A stretch of 64,000 nucleotides of DNA from Octopus vulgaris (GCA_951406725.2 OX597819.1:38068001-38132000), one strand, 5' to 3'. Numbered from the stretch's first letter, positions 28,002-41,999 are shown. The notes: a model not told the origin generated them from the letters alone. Numbers and translations: made by a program.

Positions 28002-30212
28002 CTAGATAACAAATAGAAATATTAGATCTTTACAGATGAGATTGCATTTTATGGCTTGTCTTTATTTGTTTGTGTGTTTGTGTGTTTCATTAACGTTTTT
28101 TTTTTGTCTTTTCATATATGTTATTCATAATTACCACTGTCACCACCATCACAACCACAACCACCATCACGACCACCACTATCACCACAACCTTGCAGCT
28201 ATTCTATCACCATCATCGTTGCCAATGCCTTCAGTAATTTTACAACCACCGCCTCCAGAGTTTTTGCCGTTATAATCATCTTCAGAAATTCTATCACCCC
28301 TGATGGTACCGACACAGCAGCCGCCGTCACCAGCACCACCACCACCACCACCACCACTACCATCAATTCTTCTATCATTTTCATCATCATCTTCAGAAAT
28401 TCTATCACCTCCACCACTGCCACCGCCACCACCACCACCACCACTACCATCAATACCGCCTCCGCCACCACCACCACCACCCACTACTTCCAACTCCCCC
28501 ACTACCTTCAGCATTTCTACAACCATCATTATTGCCAATACCATAAACAATTCTATAACAACCACCTTAAGCAAATCTGCCATCACTTAAAGAAATTCTA
28601 CCACCAACATCACTCTCGCAGAAATTCTTCTTTCATCATCATCATCATCATCTTCAGTAATTCTACTAACACTGCCTTTAGCAATTTTACTAACATCACT
28701 CACTTTTAGCAATTGTACTACCACCACCACCACCACCACTTTACTACCATTACGACTATGACTACTGCCCACACAACTAACACTGACATCACCAACACTC
28801 TTGCTCTACCACCACCATCATCATCATCATCACCAGAATTATCACTAGTACATTTGACCTATGACCCTATCACTGCTTTATCTTTATCATAATGGGTTCA
28901 GGTGATGAACTGTGGCCAATCCCCATACTTATTTCTAAACCTGGTACTTAATTTAGCAGTCTCTTTTGTTAACTGTAAAGTAACAGGGACATAAACAAAT
29001 CAACACTGGTTGTCAAGCAGTGGGGAGACGAGCACAAATACAAAGACACAGACACATGCATATATATATATTTATGTATGTATGTATGTATGTATGTATG
29101 TATGTATGTATGTATGTATGTATGTGTGTATATATATATATATATATTTCCTTATTGTCCACAGGGGGCTAAACACAGAGGGGACAAACAAAAGAATTAA
29201 GTCGATTACATCGACCACAGTGCGTGACTGGTACTTATTTGATCGACCCTGAAAGGATGAAAGGAAAAGTTGACCTTGGCGGAATTTGAACTCAGAATGT
29301 AACAGCAGACGAAATATTGCTAAGCATTTTGCCTGGCATGCTAATGATTCTGCCAGCTCGCCGCCTTATATATCATCATCATTTAACATCTGTTTTCCAT
29401 GCTGGCATGGGTTGGATAGTTTGACAGGAGATAGCAAAGCGAAAAGCCACACCGGGTTTCATAGTCCGTTTTGGCTTGGTTTCTATGGCTGGATGCCCTT
29501 CCTAACACCAACTACTCTACAGAGTGTACTGGGTGCTTTTTTTTACATGGTTTCATCTCCTGTGCTTTCTACATTACACCATCACAAGTGCTTGTTATGT
29601 AGCACCATCACCAGTGATTTTTATGTGGCACCAGCATTGACAGAGCCATCAAGTCCTCGGAGTGGGGAAGCAGTATTGTGAGGGTGTGGTTTTGTGCCAT
29701 TTGAGAAGTTTAAGGTATAGAAGGGAGAGATATAGGTGGCTTACTGTAGAGGATATACATGGATATCCCAGTTGGAAAACAAAGGAGAGTGAGTTAGAGG
29801 GAAAGATAAAGAAGAGAGTGATAATGAGAGAGATGATGGTGAAGATGTGTCAGGCTTCCATACAGTTTCCATCAACCAAATTTACTCATAAGGCATTGGT
29901 TGACCTGGGGGCTATAGCAGAAGACGCAAAGTGTCATGCAACGGGACTGAACCCCAAATCACATGGTTGCAAAGTGAACTTCTTAGTCACACAGCCATGC
30001 CTGTGCCTATCGCCCTTACCATTATCATTGCCATCATTGTAACCACTAACAATATCAACTCTGCTACCATTAAAGTAAGGGAGGAGCTGGTATGTGGTCA
30101 CTTGACCTGCCGGAAATAGCAAGCATATCTCCCTCAATATTACATCTTAAGGAATAGCACATTGGATAATACAGTCCTACAGTTGGATAAAACAAAAGGC
30201 ATGATGGTCATG

Positions 30213-30625
30213 GGATCTTTTCAGTTTGAACGGCAGTTTTTAACATAATTTCTAGGTAACTAAAAAATTTTAAACTTCGTATACTGGTAGAATGTGTTTA
30301 TAAAACATCTTTTTCTCTTGGCTTTATTGAGAAAATTCTATACTTTGTAAGATATTTGTTGTTTTTTTCTTCAATTTCTGCAATTTCAACCAATCAAAAA
30401 CATTCTGTGCCGTATGAATATGTCCCTCGTTTAAGAAACAGATTGGGTTTATTTACATTTGTGAAGAAAAAAAGATACCCTTCCTCCCACCCCTAACCGT
30501 AACCCTAACTAACCCTAACCCTAAAACAAATTGAAATACAATATATCGATACTAGAGTCATAATTATGGGTGGCAATTTCATATGACACCGCTAGAAAAA
30601 ATTACCATTCAAACCGAAAATATCC
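30213..30625 (+). mobile_element. MITE with GGATCT termini, 8-bp TSD and internal (CCCTAA)-like repeats, copy 1 (Merlin-like)
   Basis: About 29-bp TIR GGATCTTTTCRGTTTGAACGGCAGTTTTT. TSD TGGTCATG. Confidence 0.9.
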
Positions 30626-30672
30626 TGGTCATGGAATGCATTTGCTAATATGGGAGTATTCTGTATATTAAA

Positions 30673-31051
30673 CTAGCAGTATCGCCCGGCGTTGCTCAGG
30701 TTTGTAAGGGAAATAACTATAAAGCATTTTTAGTATAGCCAAAAAATAGCAAAAAAATGGAAAAAAAATGATGGTAAATTTTTTTGAGAGTTAAAAAAGG
30801 TGGAGTTGCGTCCCCTAGACGGTCTGTGGTTTGGGTTTCTGATTCTCGACCCCATGTCGAATTTATCGATTTTTTTCAGAACTGGGGGAACTTTTCAAAA
30901 TTTTCACTGCGTTAGTTTTGAATTATGACATTGGGCTATGTGTGTGTCAAGTTTCATCAGAATCGGTTGAAAGCCGTGGTCAGAGTGAGGGTACGAGAAA
31001 ACAGACACACAGAAACACACACAGACAAACTGCCGTTTATATATAGAGAGA
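30673..31051 (-). mobile_element. Non-autonomous Helitron-like element
   Basis: 5' A|TC followed by a GTCT/GT microsatellite. 3' GC-rich hairpin and CTAG|T. No TSD. Confidence 0.72.
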
Positions 31052-31473
31052 TACCATAGGGAAGTGTTCTGTATAACATAAGGGAGAATCATGTACATTA
31101 AATACATATGTAGTTATGTAGTATGGTTTCACATATCTAACATAGTTAAGTTGAACAGCTTCATTTAACTGGAATGCTCTATGCAGTTATTAAATGAAAA
31201 CTCCCTCTAGGGGTGGTGTCAGATATTTCAAAACAATGGGCAAGGAAGATAACTCCTATAAAGCACTCTACACTGGAACTTTTGGAAGATATAGAAAATG
31301 CAGCATGCGTGAACTGAGTAAAGGAAACAATTGTCTTTCTTCAGTTGACAATGTGGAGTGAGAATACTAAATGATAATTTGAATTCACACTATTGAAAAA
31401 AATTATGGAAAACAAAAAGAAAAAAGAAAAAAACTAGTTTTTGCTTCAAGTTTTAAAAAACGTTTCAACTAAC

Positions 31474-31551
31474 TCGGATTTATGAGCGAGCAGTTTGTTC
31501 AAATCCAGCAGACAGCGATCATGACTTTTTCTCATCTCATTTCTTTGTGGC
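31474..31551 (-). CDS. CCDC175: Exon 5 (LPQRNEMRKSHDRCLLDLNKLLAHKS), phase 2 to 2
   Basis: Branch-point-like CTAAC, pyrimidine tract and ACAG acceptor. Donor GTTAGT, 78 nt. Confidence 0.8.
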
Positions 31552-32850
31552 CTGTCATTTGAGAAGAAAATGTATGTTAGTTCAAGAGAAGATTTTAGAA
31601 TTTAAGAACACAGCACAATGATCAAAGGTGAAAATCTTGAAAAATATGACAAAAGATTTGATTCTCTTTTTTTTTTATTAATCTTATATTCAATAAAATT
31701 TATTGAAAAAAACCCCAAAAAACTAGAAAATAATTTTCTAAAGAACAGAAAGGAATGACAACTGTTATTAAACAATATCAGTATTAGAAAATATTTCTTT
31801 AAAAAAATTCATTGAACGAAAGAGGAGGGACATGCTCATAGAACTTTTATTAGCCGTCTCAAATAGGTAATATCATTATGGGTAGTGACTGTTTGAATAT
31901 TTGGAGGTAGATGGAGGCAAAGAATTGGCAGAGTTGTTAGAACATTGCATTAACTGCCTCCTGAGTTCAAATCCTACTGAGGCCAACTTTACTTTTTGTC
32001 CTTTTCAGGTTGATAAAATGAATACCAATTGAAGGTGGGTTGGTAGTTCAGGCTGAAAGTCTTAGAGTATAGGATAGGATGCCTAGGAATTTTTATTACA
32101 GCTTTTTGCATTCTGATTTCTTGGAGGGTAGACTTAATAAGTCCCCCAGCTGCTTTAATATAAATATCTGGTCCTTTGATGCTTGAGCAGATTTCACTGT
32201 GATTTAAGCATTTATGATAGTATCTAGCTTGAAGATAACCTCCCCACTTTTCCTCAACAGTCTAAGATGCTGTTAAATATTGGTTTCAAATTTGGGAACA
32301 AGGCTAGACTGGTATTTATTTTATTGACCCCATAAGGATGAAAGGCAAAGTCATCCTCAGCAGAATTTAAACTCAGAATATGAAGATGAACGAAATGCTG
32401 CTAAGCATTTTGCCTGGTGTGCTAATGATTCTACCAGCTTGCTACTTTGTGGCCGTGAAATATTAACGGATGACTAAGCAATGAAAAAGAGGTTAGAGAT
32501 TCTTTTACTTGCTACATTAGTGAAAGCAAAAAGAAAAAGTTGTTACTGCACAGGGAAGCTGCTCAACATTCAAAACTGCACAAATGTTGAAAGCATACAT
32601 GAAAAATGGCTTGTGTGGTTTCAAATTTAGAACTAAGACTAGCAATTTAGAGAAGAGAGGATAAGTCAATTACACCTGGTACTTATTTTATTGACCTCAA
32701 AAGAATGAAAAACAAAAGTGGATATTGGCACAATTTGAGCTCAGAATGTAAAAAGCTGGAAGAAATGTCACTAAACATTTTGTCTGACTTGTTGATTCTA
32801 CCAACTGGCTGCCTTATAGTCTGAAAGTGAAAATAAAACATGAAAAGGTC

Positions 32851-33276
32851 GGATCTTTTCAGTTTGAACGGCAGTTTTTAACATAATTTCTAGGTAACTA
32901 AAAAATGTTAAACTTCGTATACTGGTAGAATGTGTTTATAAAACATCTTTTCCTCTTGGCTTTATTGAGAAAATTCTATAGTTTGTAAGATATTTGTTGT
33001 TTTTTTCTTCAATTTCTGCAATTTCAACCAATCACTGACGTCCATTGAGGTAAACAACATTCTGTGCCGAATGAATATGTCCCTCGTTTAAGAAACAGAT
33101 TGGGTTTATTTACATTTGTGAAGAAAAAAAGATACCCTTCCTCCCACCCCTAACCCTAACTAACCCTAACCCTAAAATAGATTGAAATGCAATAGATCGA
33201 TACTAAGGTCATAATTATGGGTGACAACTTCATATGACACTGCTAGAAAAAACTGCCATTCAAACTGAAAAGATCC
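32851..33276 (+). mobile_element. Same MITE, copy 2
   Basis: Same TIRs. TSD AAAAGGTC. Confidence 0.9.
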
Positions 33277-35188
33277 AAAAGGTCTTCAGATCTTGTTAGA
33301 TCTTGTGATCTAGAAAGAAACTGATTCATTCCAATCATAAAACTGTATGAAATGCAAAAGTTGTGAGTTAAGGAGTATGACAACTGACCATGTTGTTTAA
33401 AGCTCAAACCATGTTATTTTTGTAATTTAGGCACAAAGCCAGCAACTGAAGGAGATAGTCCATACCACTGACTCCAGTATACCCTTACTACTTTCTTTTA
33501 ATTGAGTGTGAAAGAACAAAAGACAAGATCTGAACTCAGAATAGAAAGCAACAGATCTAATTACAGTAAAGCATTTTGTTCTACACTTTTACTGATTCTA
33601 CCAAACCACATAATTACAACCAGTTTACTGAGCCTCTGGATATAGCAACTACATCTGCTTGATCCAAAAGGAATGACTGAAAGCAGGTTCTTTTCCAAAT
33701 TCACAGTTCAATAGTTAACAGTTCATTCCACTTCAACAAAAAGCAAATATGCACATTTATAAAAAAAACAAGTTACTTATATAAGCATGGTAAAGCAGAT
33801 GTGAATAAAGAATTTTAAAAAAGGTTAAAAAATTGCAGAGGACCCCTCAGTGGCCCACTTGTAGACCACTGAGGTATTCTCTTGTAGGTCTTTGAACTTC
33901 CTAAAATTTGTTCAGATGTAATGTATTTAATCCATAATTTCAGCTGGTCAGACTTGGGAATCAACCCAGAAAGTGTAATGATTTTGTTCCTTCTTGAGCC
34001 ACGCCTGGCTCATAAGGGCCGGTTTCCCGGTTTCCTTGGCGTATAGATTCCCCACCTGGACGGGACACCAGTCCATCGCAGGTGAGCTGCAAGATGCAGG
34101 AGGAAAGAGTGAGAGAAAGTTGTGGCGAAAGAGTCAGCAGAAGTTCGCCATTACCTTCTGCCGGAGCCGTGTGGAGCTTAAGTGTTTCGCTCATAAACAC
34201 ACACATCGCCCGGTCTGAGATTCGAACCCGCAGTCCCTTGACTGCGAGTCCACTGCTCTAACCATTAGGCCATGTGCCTCCACACAAAGTTTAATGATTG
34301 CATCTGACTGGACTCTATGGAGGAGGTGCCTGAGGACTCTACATCCATGACTTTCCCAGGGATAATGAGCAGAGAAAATGAATGGATCGGTGGATAATGT
34401 ATTTCTGGACCATCAAGTAGTTAATGGCTTTTAAATTGTCTTGTGTTTCATTATTGCTTATGCAAACATTGCCAACGATGGAAATAGGGTGGGACATGCA
34501 AGGATATCATTGACAGAGTGGCTAACCGGCTTCCGTGCCAGTGGCACTTAAAGTGCAACATTCGAGCGTGATCGTTACCAGTGTCACCTTACTGGCACTT
34601 GTGCCCATGATAGTAGGGTGCCAAAAGCACCATCCGAGTGTGATCGTTGCCAGAGCAGCCAACTGGCTTCCATGCCAGTGGCACGTAAAAGGGCACCAAT
34701 TGAGCATGATCGTTACCAAAGTCGCCTTACTGGAACCTGTGCTGGTGGCATGTGTAAAAGGATTCGAGCGAGGTTATTGCCAGTACCGCCTGACTGGCCC
34801 CGTGCCAGTAGCATGTAAAAACCACCCACTACACTCTCGGAGTGGTTGGCGTTAGGAAGGGCATCCAGCTGTAGAAACTCTGCCAGATCAAGATTGGAGC
34901 CTGGTGCAACCATCTGGTTCGCCAGCCCTCAGTCAAAATCGTCCAACCCATGCTAGCATGGAAAGTGGACGTTAAACAATGATGATGATGATGATGATTA
35001 TAATACACACACAAGTCATGGGAAAATGTAAAATTATCAAAAGTAAGCCATTACAAAAAGAAATTGCTGATCCATGATGTACAGCAAACAACATCATATT
35101 AAAACTCATTGTACCATATTGTAAGCTTACTGTCAACAACTGACTTGCCTATTTCAATCAAACTTATTCTTAAAACTTTGACAGACTT

Positions 35189-35612
35189 AGATCTTTTCGG
35201 TTTGAATGGCAGTTTTTAACATAATTTCTAGGTAACTGAAAAATTTTAAACTTCGTATACTGGTAGAATGTGTTTATAAAACATCTTTTTCTCTTGGCTT
35301 TATTGAGAAAATTCTATAGTTTGTAGGATATTTGTTGTTTTTTCTTCAATTTCTGCAATTTCAACCAATCAGTGACGTCTATTGAGTTAAAAAGCATTCT
35401 GTGCCGTATGAATATGTCCCTCGTTTAAGAAACAGATTGGGTTTAGTTACATTTCTGAAGAAAAAAGATACCCTTCCCCCACCCCTAACCCTAACTAACT
35501 CTAACTCTAAAACAGATTTGAAATGCAATAGATCGATACTAGGGTCATAATTATGGGTGACAATTTCATATAACACCGCTAGAAAAAACTGCCGTTCAAA
35601 CTAAAAAGATCC
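35189..35612 (+). mobile_element. Same MITE, copy 3
   Basis: Same TIRs. TSD ACAGACTT. Confidence 0.9.
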
Positions 35613-36158
35613 ACAGACTTAGAACTGGACAGACTTGGTGTTTTCAAACTTGGTTTTATACACATAATGTATCATCTTTATATATTTGCTCTCTTATATT
35701 CCAAGAGTAGCTGAAGGAGAATTGCCATTAGCATAAGATAACTGAACTAAATTACTGCTATTAGCTTAAAATTATTGAATCTCATAACTGATTTTAATAT
35801 CTATCTAAAATAAAAATGGTAAAAAAAATAGCAAAGAAAAATCTCGAGTGATTAGTGATTGAAAACTTAAAATAAAATAACAACATCACCATGTGCATTT
35901 TATGGATAATTAATGTAATGCTTTAATATTTTATTCATCATCATCATCGCTTAACGTCTGCTTTCCATGCTAGCATGGGTTGGAAGGTTTGACTGTGGGC
36001 TGGCGAACCAGATGGCTGCACCAGGCCCCAGTAGCTGTACATAACTTTTGGATTACATGCACACATTCATCTGTGCAGGCATGTACATGTTTGAGTATAA
36101 TCTTATGTGTAGAAACATGGCTGTCCAATATTTAAAACTAATCACATTTTATACTTAC

Positions 36159-36294
36159 AGCAAAATATTGTTCTCTTTTTCAAACCGTACTTGCTCTTCT
36201 CGTGCTTTGCTAATTTTCTCTTCCAGATCATTGAGCCCTTCAATTTTACTTTTTCTAATAGCATCATTCTGTCTTTTAGCAGCTTCAACTGCAG
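36159..36294 (-). CDS. CCDC175: Exon 4 (AAVEAAKRQNDAIRKSKIEGLNDLEEKISKAREEQVRFEKENNIL), phase 1 to 2
   Basis: Acceptor TTGCAG, donor GTAAGT, 136 nt. E/K-rich heptad pattern, and phases match both neighbours. Confidence 0.85.
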
Positions 36295-37177
36295 CTGCAA
36301 GTAGCAGTAGATTGCTGGATAATAGCATTTAAAGAAGACTGCAACTAGTCAATCTATTTACCATTAACTGACAGAAGAAAAATAATATGTGAACAAGATA
36401 TTGAAATTTCCTCTATAATTTATTCATAAAGTTTATTCATAAAATTTATTCATAAAATATTTTTTTCGTATACTAACAGGGGAAAAAAGAACAAACTATC
36501 TTTTTATATTTTGTTACATAGTAGATGGAGAAGGGATAGGTATTTATGTGCTTAGTAAGCATTCCTTAACTATTGAAACACTGTTGATGTTCTGCCTGAA
36601 TATTTGTAGGTCAATAATTGTCAGTAAAAAATGATTGGCAAGGAGAAAATTGTAGAGATTTGCAATACAATGGAGAAAGATTGCAAAAGTGTTTAGTGCA
36701 ACATTAAGAGGATGAAACTAGAGGCATTAAGCAGCAACTTTTCCAAGGGTGGGAGAAATTAAAACTATCAAACTTCTCTTATAGCATAGTAATGCAGGTC
36801 AAGTAAGAACAAAAAAACTCTACAACTGGGAGGAGGTGTCACACATGCAGTTAGATTTTCCTCCTCTCAACAAAAAAAAAAAAAAAATCCCTGAAATTAG
36901 ACCAATTTTGAAGGTATTTCAAGTTTATAGACAAATCTTCTGAGGGAGAATATTTAGTATTTATTACTAAAATAATGCCAATAATTTTGGGGAGGAGATC
37001 AGACAATGACACTGACTACAGTACTTGACTGGTATTTTATTTTATTGGCTTCAGAGAGGATGAAAGGCAAAACTGACTTCAGCAGGATTTGAACTCAGTA
37101 AGTAAAGAGTCTGTGCAAATACTACAATGCATTTTCTTCGATGCTCTAATGATTCTGCTAATCCACCCCTATATTAC

Positions 37178-37228
<51 letters not shown>

Positions 37229-37405
37229 TTTGCCAAAAAATTTAACCTTATTGCAGATTTCTTGCTAAATTTAATAATTAACTTAATTTATTCTTTTTTA
37301 TATGAAAACAACTTTTTTTTAAATAAAGAATGATGCATAAAACATGCAACATTTTTCTTTATTGAATATAATTAGTACAGACACTTCTATTTTGTAAACA
37401 CAACT

Positions 37406-37928
37406 TTAACCCTTTTGACACCAACCTGCCTGAAACTGCCCTTAGTTCTATGATACAAAGTTTCTTAATTAAAATGTCATGTTAATTAATGTTCTAAGCA
37501 GTAGTTTCATTGTGACAAAGTATTTTATTAAATGCTTCATTATTTTCAAAATAAACTGACACAAACGTAGCATATTTCAATAGAAATATGGTAACAAAGG
37601 ATTAAAGACTATGAGAACTCAAGTACAGCAAAACATTTAAACCTTATACATTGCATACATAGATTACATTGTGATTAACTGTCTAGGAGGTTCTTAGCTT
37701 TAACCCTTTCGTTACCAACCTGCCTGAAACCGGCTCTGGCTCTGTAGTACAAATGTCTTGTTTTCATAAGTTTTTAATTAAAATCTTCCACCAAACCTTA
37801 GTCACAATTTATGTTCCTAACACTAGCTTAATGATAACTACGTTATTTTGCTAAATTCTTTGTTATATTTAAAGTAATTTAAAGAAACACAGAGCATCTC
37901 AAAATAAATACAGTAATGAAAAGGTTAA
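37406..37928. mobile_element. Two adjacent piggyBac-like MITEs, family II (37406-37605, 37700-37928)
   Basis: Each is flanked by TTAA and starts CCCTTT. The two are homologous to each other. Confidence 0.75.
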
Positions 37929-38115
37929 GGATGTTGCAAAAGGCCTGGCTGGAGGTTCAACTTTCCAAGTTCTTTTACAGGGCTTAGAAAAACTGAAGGA
38001 CAGCTGTAATAAGTGTGTGACTCTGAGAGGGGAGTATGTTGAATAAAATCATGATTAACTTATCCCCTTGTATTTTCTTTTATCCAAAGCCAGGAACTTT
38101 TCAGCCTTGCATTGT
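37929..38115 (+). mobile_element. Mariner 3' fragment
   Basis: Translates to GLEKLKDSCNKCVTLRGEYVE*, followed by a TIR-like GGAACTTTTCAGC. Confidence 0.65.
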
Positions 38116-40708
38116 AATTAAAATAACATCAAAATAAACATATAAATCGTGGGTAGTATGATGTCAAATGACACTAAGATAATAAGAGCATACACTTATT
38201 GTTCAGATCAAATTTGTGCCTAAACTCTGCCTTCAGATACAACTTTAAATGCAGGGATATGGTGGGTATCTAAGTGAGAATTGGCTGTGATGTATCAATC
38301 AAGCTGATACATGTATAATAGAATAAACACTTGGCAGGCAAACAACAAATATCAGGTCAGATTATGATACATTAATATTTATACAACATAGAGAAAAAAA
38401 TTGCTTAAAGGAGTATAACTCACAGGAGGTTAGTAAAAGTTCCGTTGAGGGATGTTCATCGTAGTTGTGATGTATGCTGGTAGATTCCATATAAGAAGTA
38501 CTTGTGGACAGCAAGTCACATTTGGAATCCAGTACTATGTATGACACACTCATGTCTACATATATGACTTATAAGCCTAAACCTTCCTTAAAATTTTAAT
38601 CACAATTGTTAATTTTTTTTCCAGTTAAATGTAGGTTAAATTGGGTTTAATATATTTTAATTACATTTAATGAATCTAAAGTTATATCCAGTGATAATAT
38701 AATATTGTTGAAACATTAAAATCTTTTGTGTTCGGTTCATGAAAATATATTTACAGTAATACAAAATTGGAATTAGAATTATACACAGGAGATAAAATTT
38801 ATTTCATTAAAACCGAAAACTGCAGTGACCTATAAACTGTAAGTGCTATTCTTGGTTTTGAATATTATGCAACTAAACGAGAATATTATCTTCTTGATAA
38901 ATCAGGCTACAAGAAAGCTTTAAATAACCTTTAAATTCCCAAATAGAATGAAATGTAAAGCATAAATATAAATGCGATACATATATAGATTATTGATCAA
39001 AATATTATATAACTGATATTTGCATAATAGGGTCAGAATCTGGAACCTTGAATTAAAATAATATTTACAAGATAGCACATTAATGTTGAACACAAGAATA
39101 TTGAATAATTCATTAAAAGATAGGGTGACATGTCAACATCTTTCTTATACTGGAGTATAAATGAAAAGAACTGTATTATATAATTCATAATGAGAGTAAC
39201 ATTCATGAGCAACGTGCTCCATGGGTTTTCCTAGGTTGAGTTCTCACAAGTTCTTGTGAGCAAAAATCATGATAGAAAAAAATCAATAAAAAAAATATAC
39301 TTTATCATATCAGTTTCCTGTTTCTTGCAGTTTAGAAGAGCTATTTTAGAATAGAAAATTACAAATGTCTTGGCTCTTATCCAAATCTATCATTTTTGAA
39401 GGAACTCTTGAAAATTCACCAATCACTTTTTGAATAAGTTTATGTTTGTCCTTAAAAATCTTAACTTGACAAACACTCATCATGCACAACCAAATACATT
39501 TATCTGCCATTGATGACTTTAAGTAGGTATTTATTCTTCCCAATGATATCATGGCACATATCATTATCATCCAAAATCACATCAATGTAAAATTAACATT
39601 TCAAGCATTCACAATAAGTTGAAAAGACAAGCTTTGAATAAAATTAAATCAACAAAAATTTATTCCAGTATTATGATTTCATTCAACCATGTTTACTTCA
39701 AGCTGCACGCTAACCACTTCTGATTAAGAATCACAGCAATGTAAAAATAACTTGATCTAAATTCGTAATCTCAGGATACACATATCCTTATCATGTAAAA
39801 TCATAGCAATGTAAAATTAACAACTGGATATAAAATCATGGCATCACTGATTTCAAATTTTGGCACAAGGTATATGTAGGGAAGGGAATGAATTGGTTAC
39901 AGTGACCCCAATATGCAACTGTTACTTATTTTATCAACCCGAAAGGGTAAAAGGTAAAGTTGACCTCATCATGTAAAGATGAATGCCACTTAACATTTTC
40001 CCTAGCATTCTAACAATTCTGCCAGCTCACTGCCTTATATATATATATATATTATATTAAATTAGAGACAAAACCACTATTAGGCAAATCAAACAATGAA
40101 AAACTTAAGCCAATACATAAAATTAATTAATTTATATTATTTTAAATATATATCAAAAGTATAGAAGTTTAATAAAAGATAATGAGTAAAACACTACGAC
40201 CGTTTCATGGCTGTCCAATTCGTAATAATTCGAGTTACAGTTACCGTCAATCTTCAGGTAACTGAAATATTCTCACCTACAACCCTGCGCGTTCATAGTT
40301 ATACTATGAATATTCATAATGCCTTGAAGATGAAATGACGTCACCAGTCAGCAACGTTACATTTCTTCGTTTACAAACTCCCACTACGAACAGCCATGCC
40401 CTGTCGCCGTAATCTCTCCAGCTCTTCTATTATTTATATATATATATATATATTTATATACTAATTACAAATTTTGGCACAGTGCAAGCATATTTAGGGG
40501 AGAGAATGAGTTGATTACAGCAACCCCAGTCCTCAACTGGTATTTATTTTATTGACTCCAAAAGGATGAAAATCAAAATCAACCTCAGTGGAATTTGAAC
40601 TCAGAACATGCAAACAGACAAAATGCAGCTAAGCATGTTACCTGATGTGGTAAAAGTCTGCCACACATACATACATACATACATACATACATACATACAT
40701 ACATACAT

Positions 40709-41270
40709 AAGCTGGGATACTCTATAATGAAATCCGTCAGAAGGATAACCCCCAAAGACAAAAAAATAAAAACCCACTGTACAGTTGAAGCCATAACCAC
40801 TCATAATAAAAAGGAATACTGGTGGAATGTCCCAGTGAAGACCTCAATAAAATGCAGGCACAACAGACCTGATATAATGATTTGGGATAGAGAAGAGAAA
40901 CTGTGTACAGTTGTAGAAATTAGCTGGCCAGCGGATGCTAACATAAAGCTGAAGATCAGTGAAAAAGAGAATGCCTACGCTAAACTATTGAGAATTCTAC
41001 AGTCACTCTATCCAGATTACAAGTTCAGGTTTATACCTGTAATCATTGGGGCCCTGGGATATGTAACACACTGCCTAAATACCAATCTTGAGAAATTAGG
41101 TTTCTCAAAACCAGAAAGGAGAAAGCTGATTCGAAGGCTACAGATCTAATCCATCACTGGGACTGTAAAAATCCGTAAAATTTCCCAGAAGTTTATCATT
41201 TAAATATATATGAGCATGTCTAGATACGCAACTATATGCATGAGCATACATAAAACAAAACATACGAATC
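40709..41270 (+). mobile_element. R4/Dong-like non-LTR retrotransposon 3' fragment (restriction-enzyme-like endonuclease)
   Basis: HNRPDIMIWDREEKLCTVVEISWP...KISEKENAY...IPVIIGALG is a PD-(D/E)xK REL domain. It directly follows a (TACA)n tract. Confidence 0.82.
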
Positions 41271-41657
41271 TGTACAAGCCAATTCAATGAACAGATAATT
41301 CACTTGATTGAACAACTGAATCCTCTGTTCCCAAACAAGCAGAAAATTCATCACAACAATCCTATACATGTTATATATATATAACACTAATAACTTCTAC
41401 TTCTTTTTTGATTCACCTTACTCTAATTAAATATTCTATATGACCTGAGATATTCGTCCTGCTTCGGTTTTGTTTTCCTTTTACCTTTAATGTATACCTG
41501 CTGACTTGGAAACTTGCTATGGATCCCTAGCTCCAGCCTCAGCTGTGAGCCCGGAACCTAAGGGATGATCTATTATAGCACTTACGAAACATAATTATTG
41601 GTTTAGATCATCAGTGAACTAAACCCTACATATTCTTTACATATATATATATGTGTG

Positions 41658-41995
41658 TGAAGGTGCATGGCTCAGTGGTTAGAGCATCGAGCTTATGATC
41701 GTGAGGTTGTGAGCTCGAATCCTGGACCAGGCTGCTTGTTGTGTTCTTGAGCAAGACACTTTATTTCCCGTTGCTCCAATTCACTCAGCTGTAGAAATGA
41801 GTTGCGACGTCACAGGTGCCAAGCTGTATTGGCTGCTGCCTTTCGCCTTGGATAACACTGGTGGCGTGGAGAGGAGAGGCCAGTATGCATGGGCAACTGC
41901 TGGTCTTCCATAAACAACCTTGCCCGGACTTGTGCCTGGGAGGATAACTTTCTAGGTGCAATCCCATGGTCTGTGTCGTGACCGAAGGGTGTCTC
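41658..41995 (+). mobile_element. SINE family E (tRNA head plus CORE-like GTGTTCTTGAGCAAGACACTT)
   Basis: A/B boxes, flanked by TA runs. A related head with a different body occurs at 24979-25272. Confidence 0.75.
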
Positions 41996-41999
41996 AGAA

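Noticed and set aside
28182-28772. Gly-rich or Pro-rich ORFs with a repeated DRISEDD motif
   Set aside because: Degenerate (CAC)n/(CAT)n tract with short internal duplications, open on both strands, with no credible splice sites.
39346-39570. Unique-sequence ORF, faintly glutaredoxin-like (VPSKMIDLDKSQD)
   Set aside because: No CxxC motif, no usable splice pair, and the resemblance is too weak.
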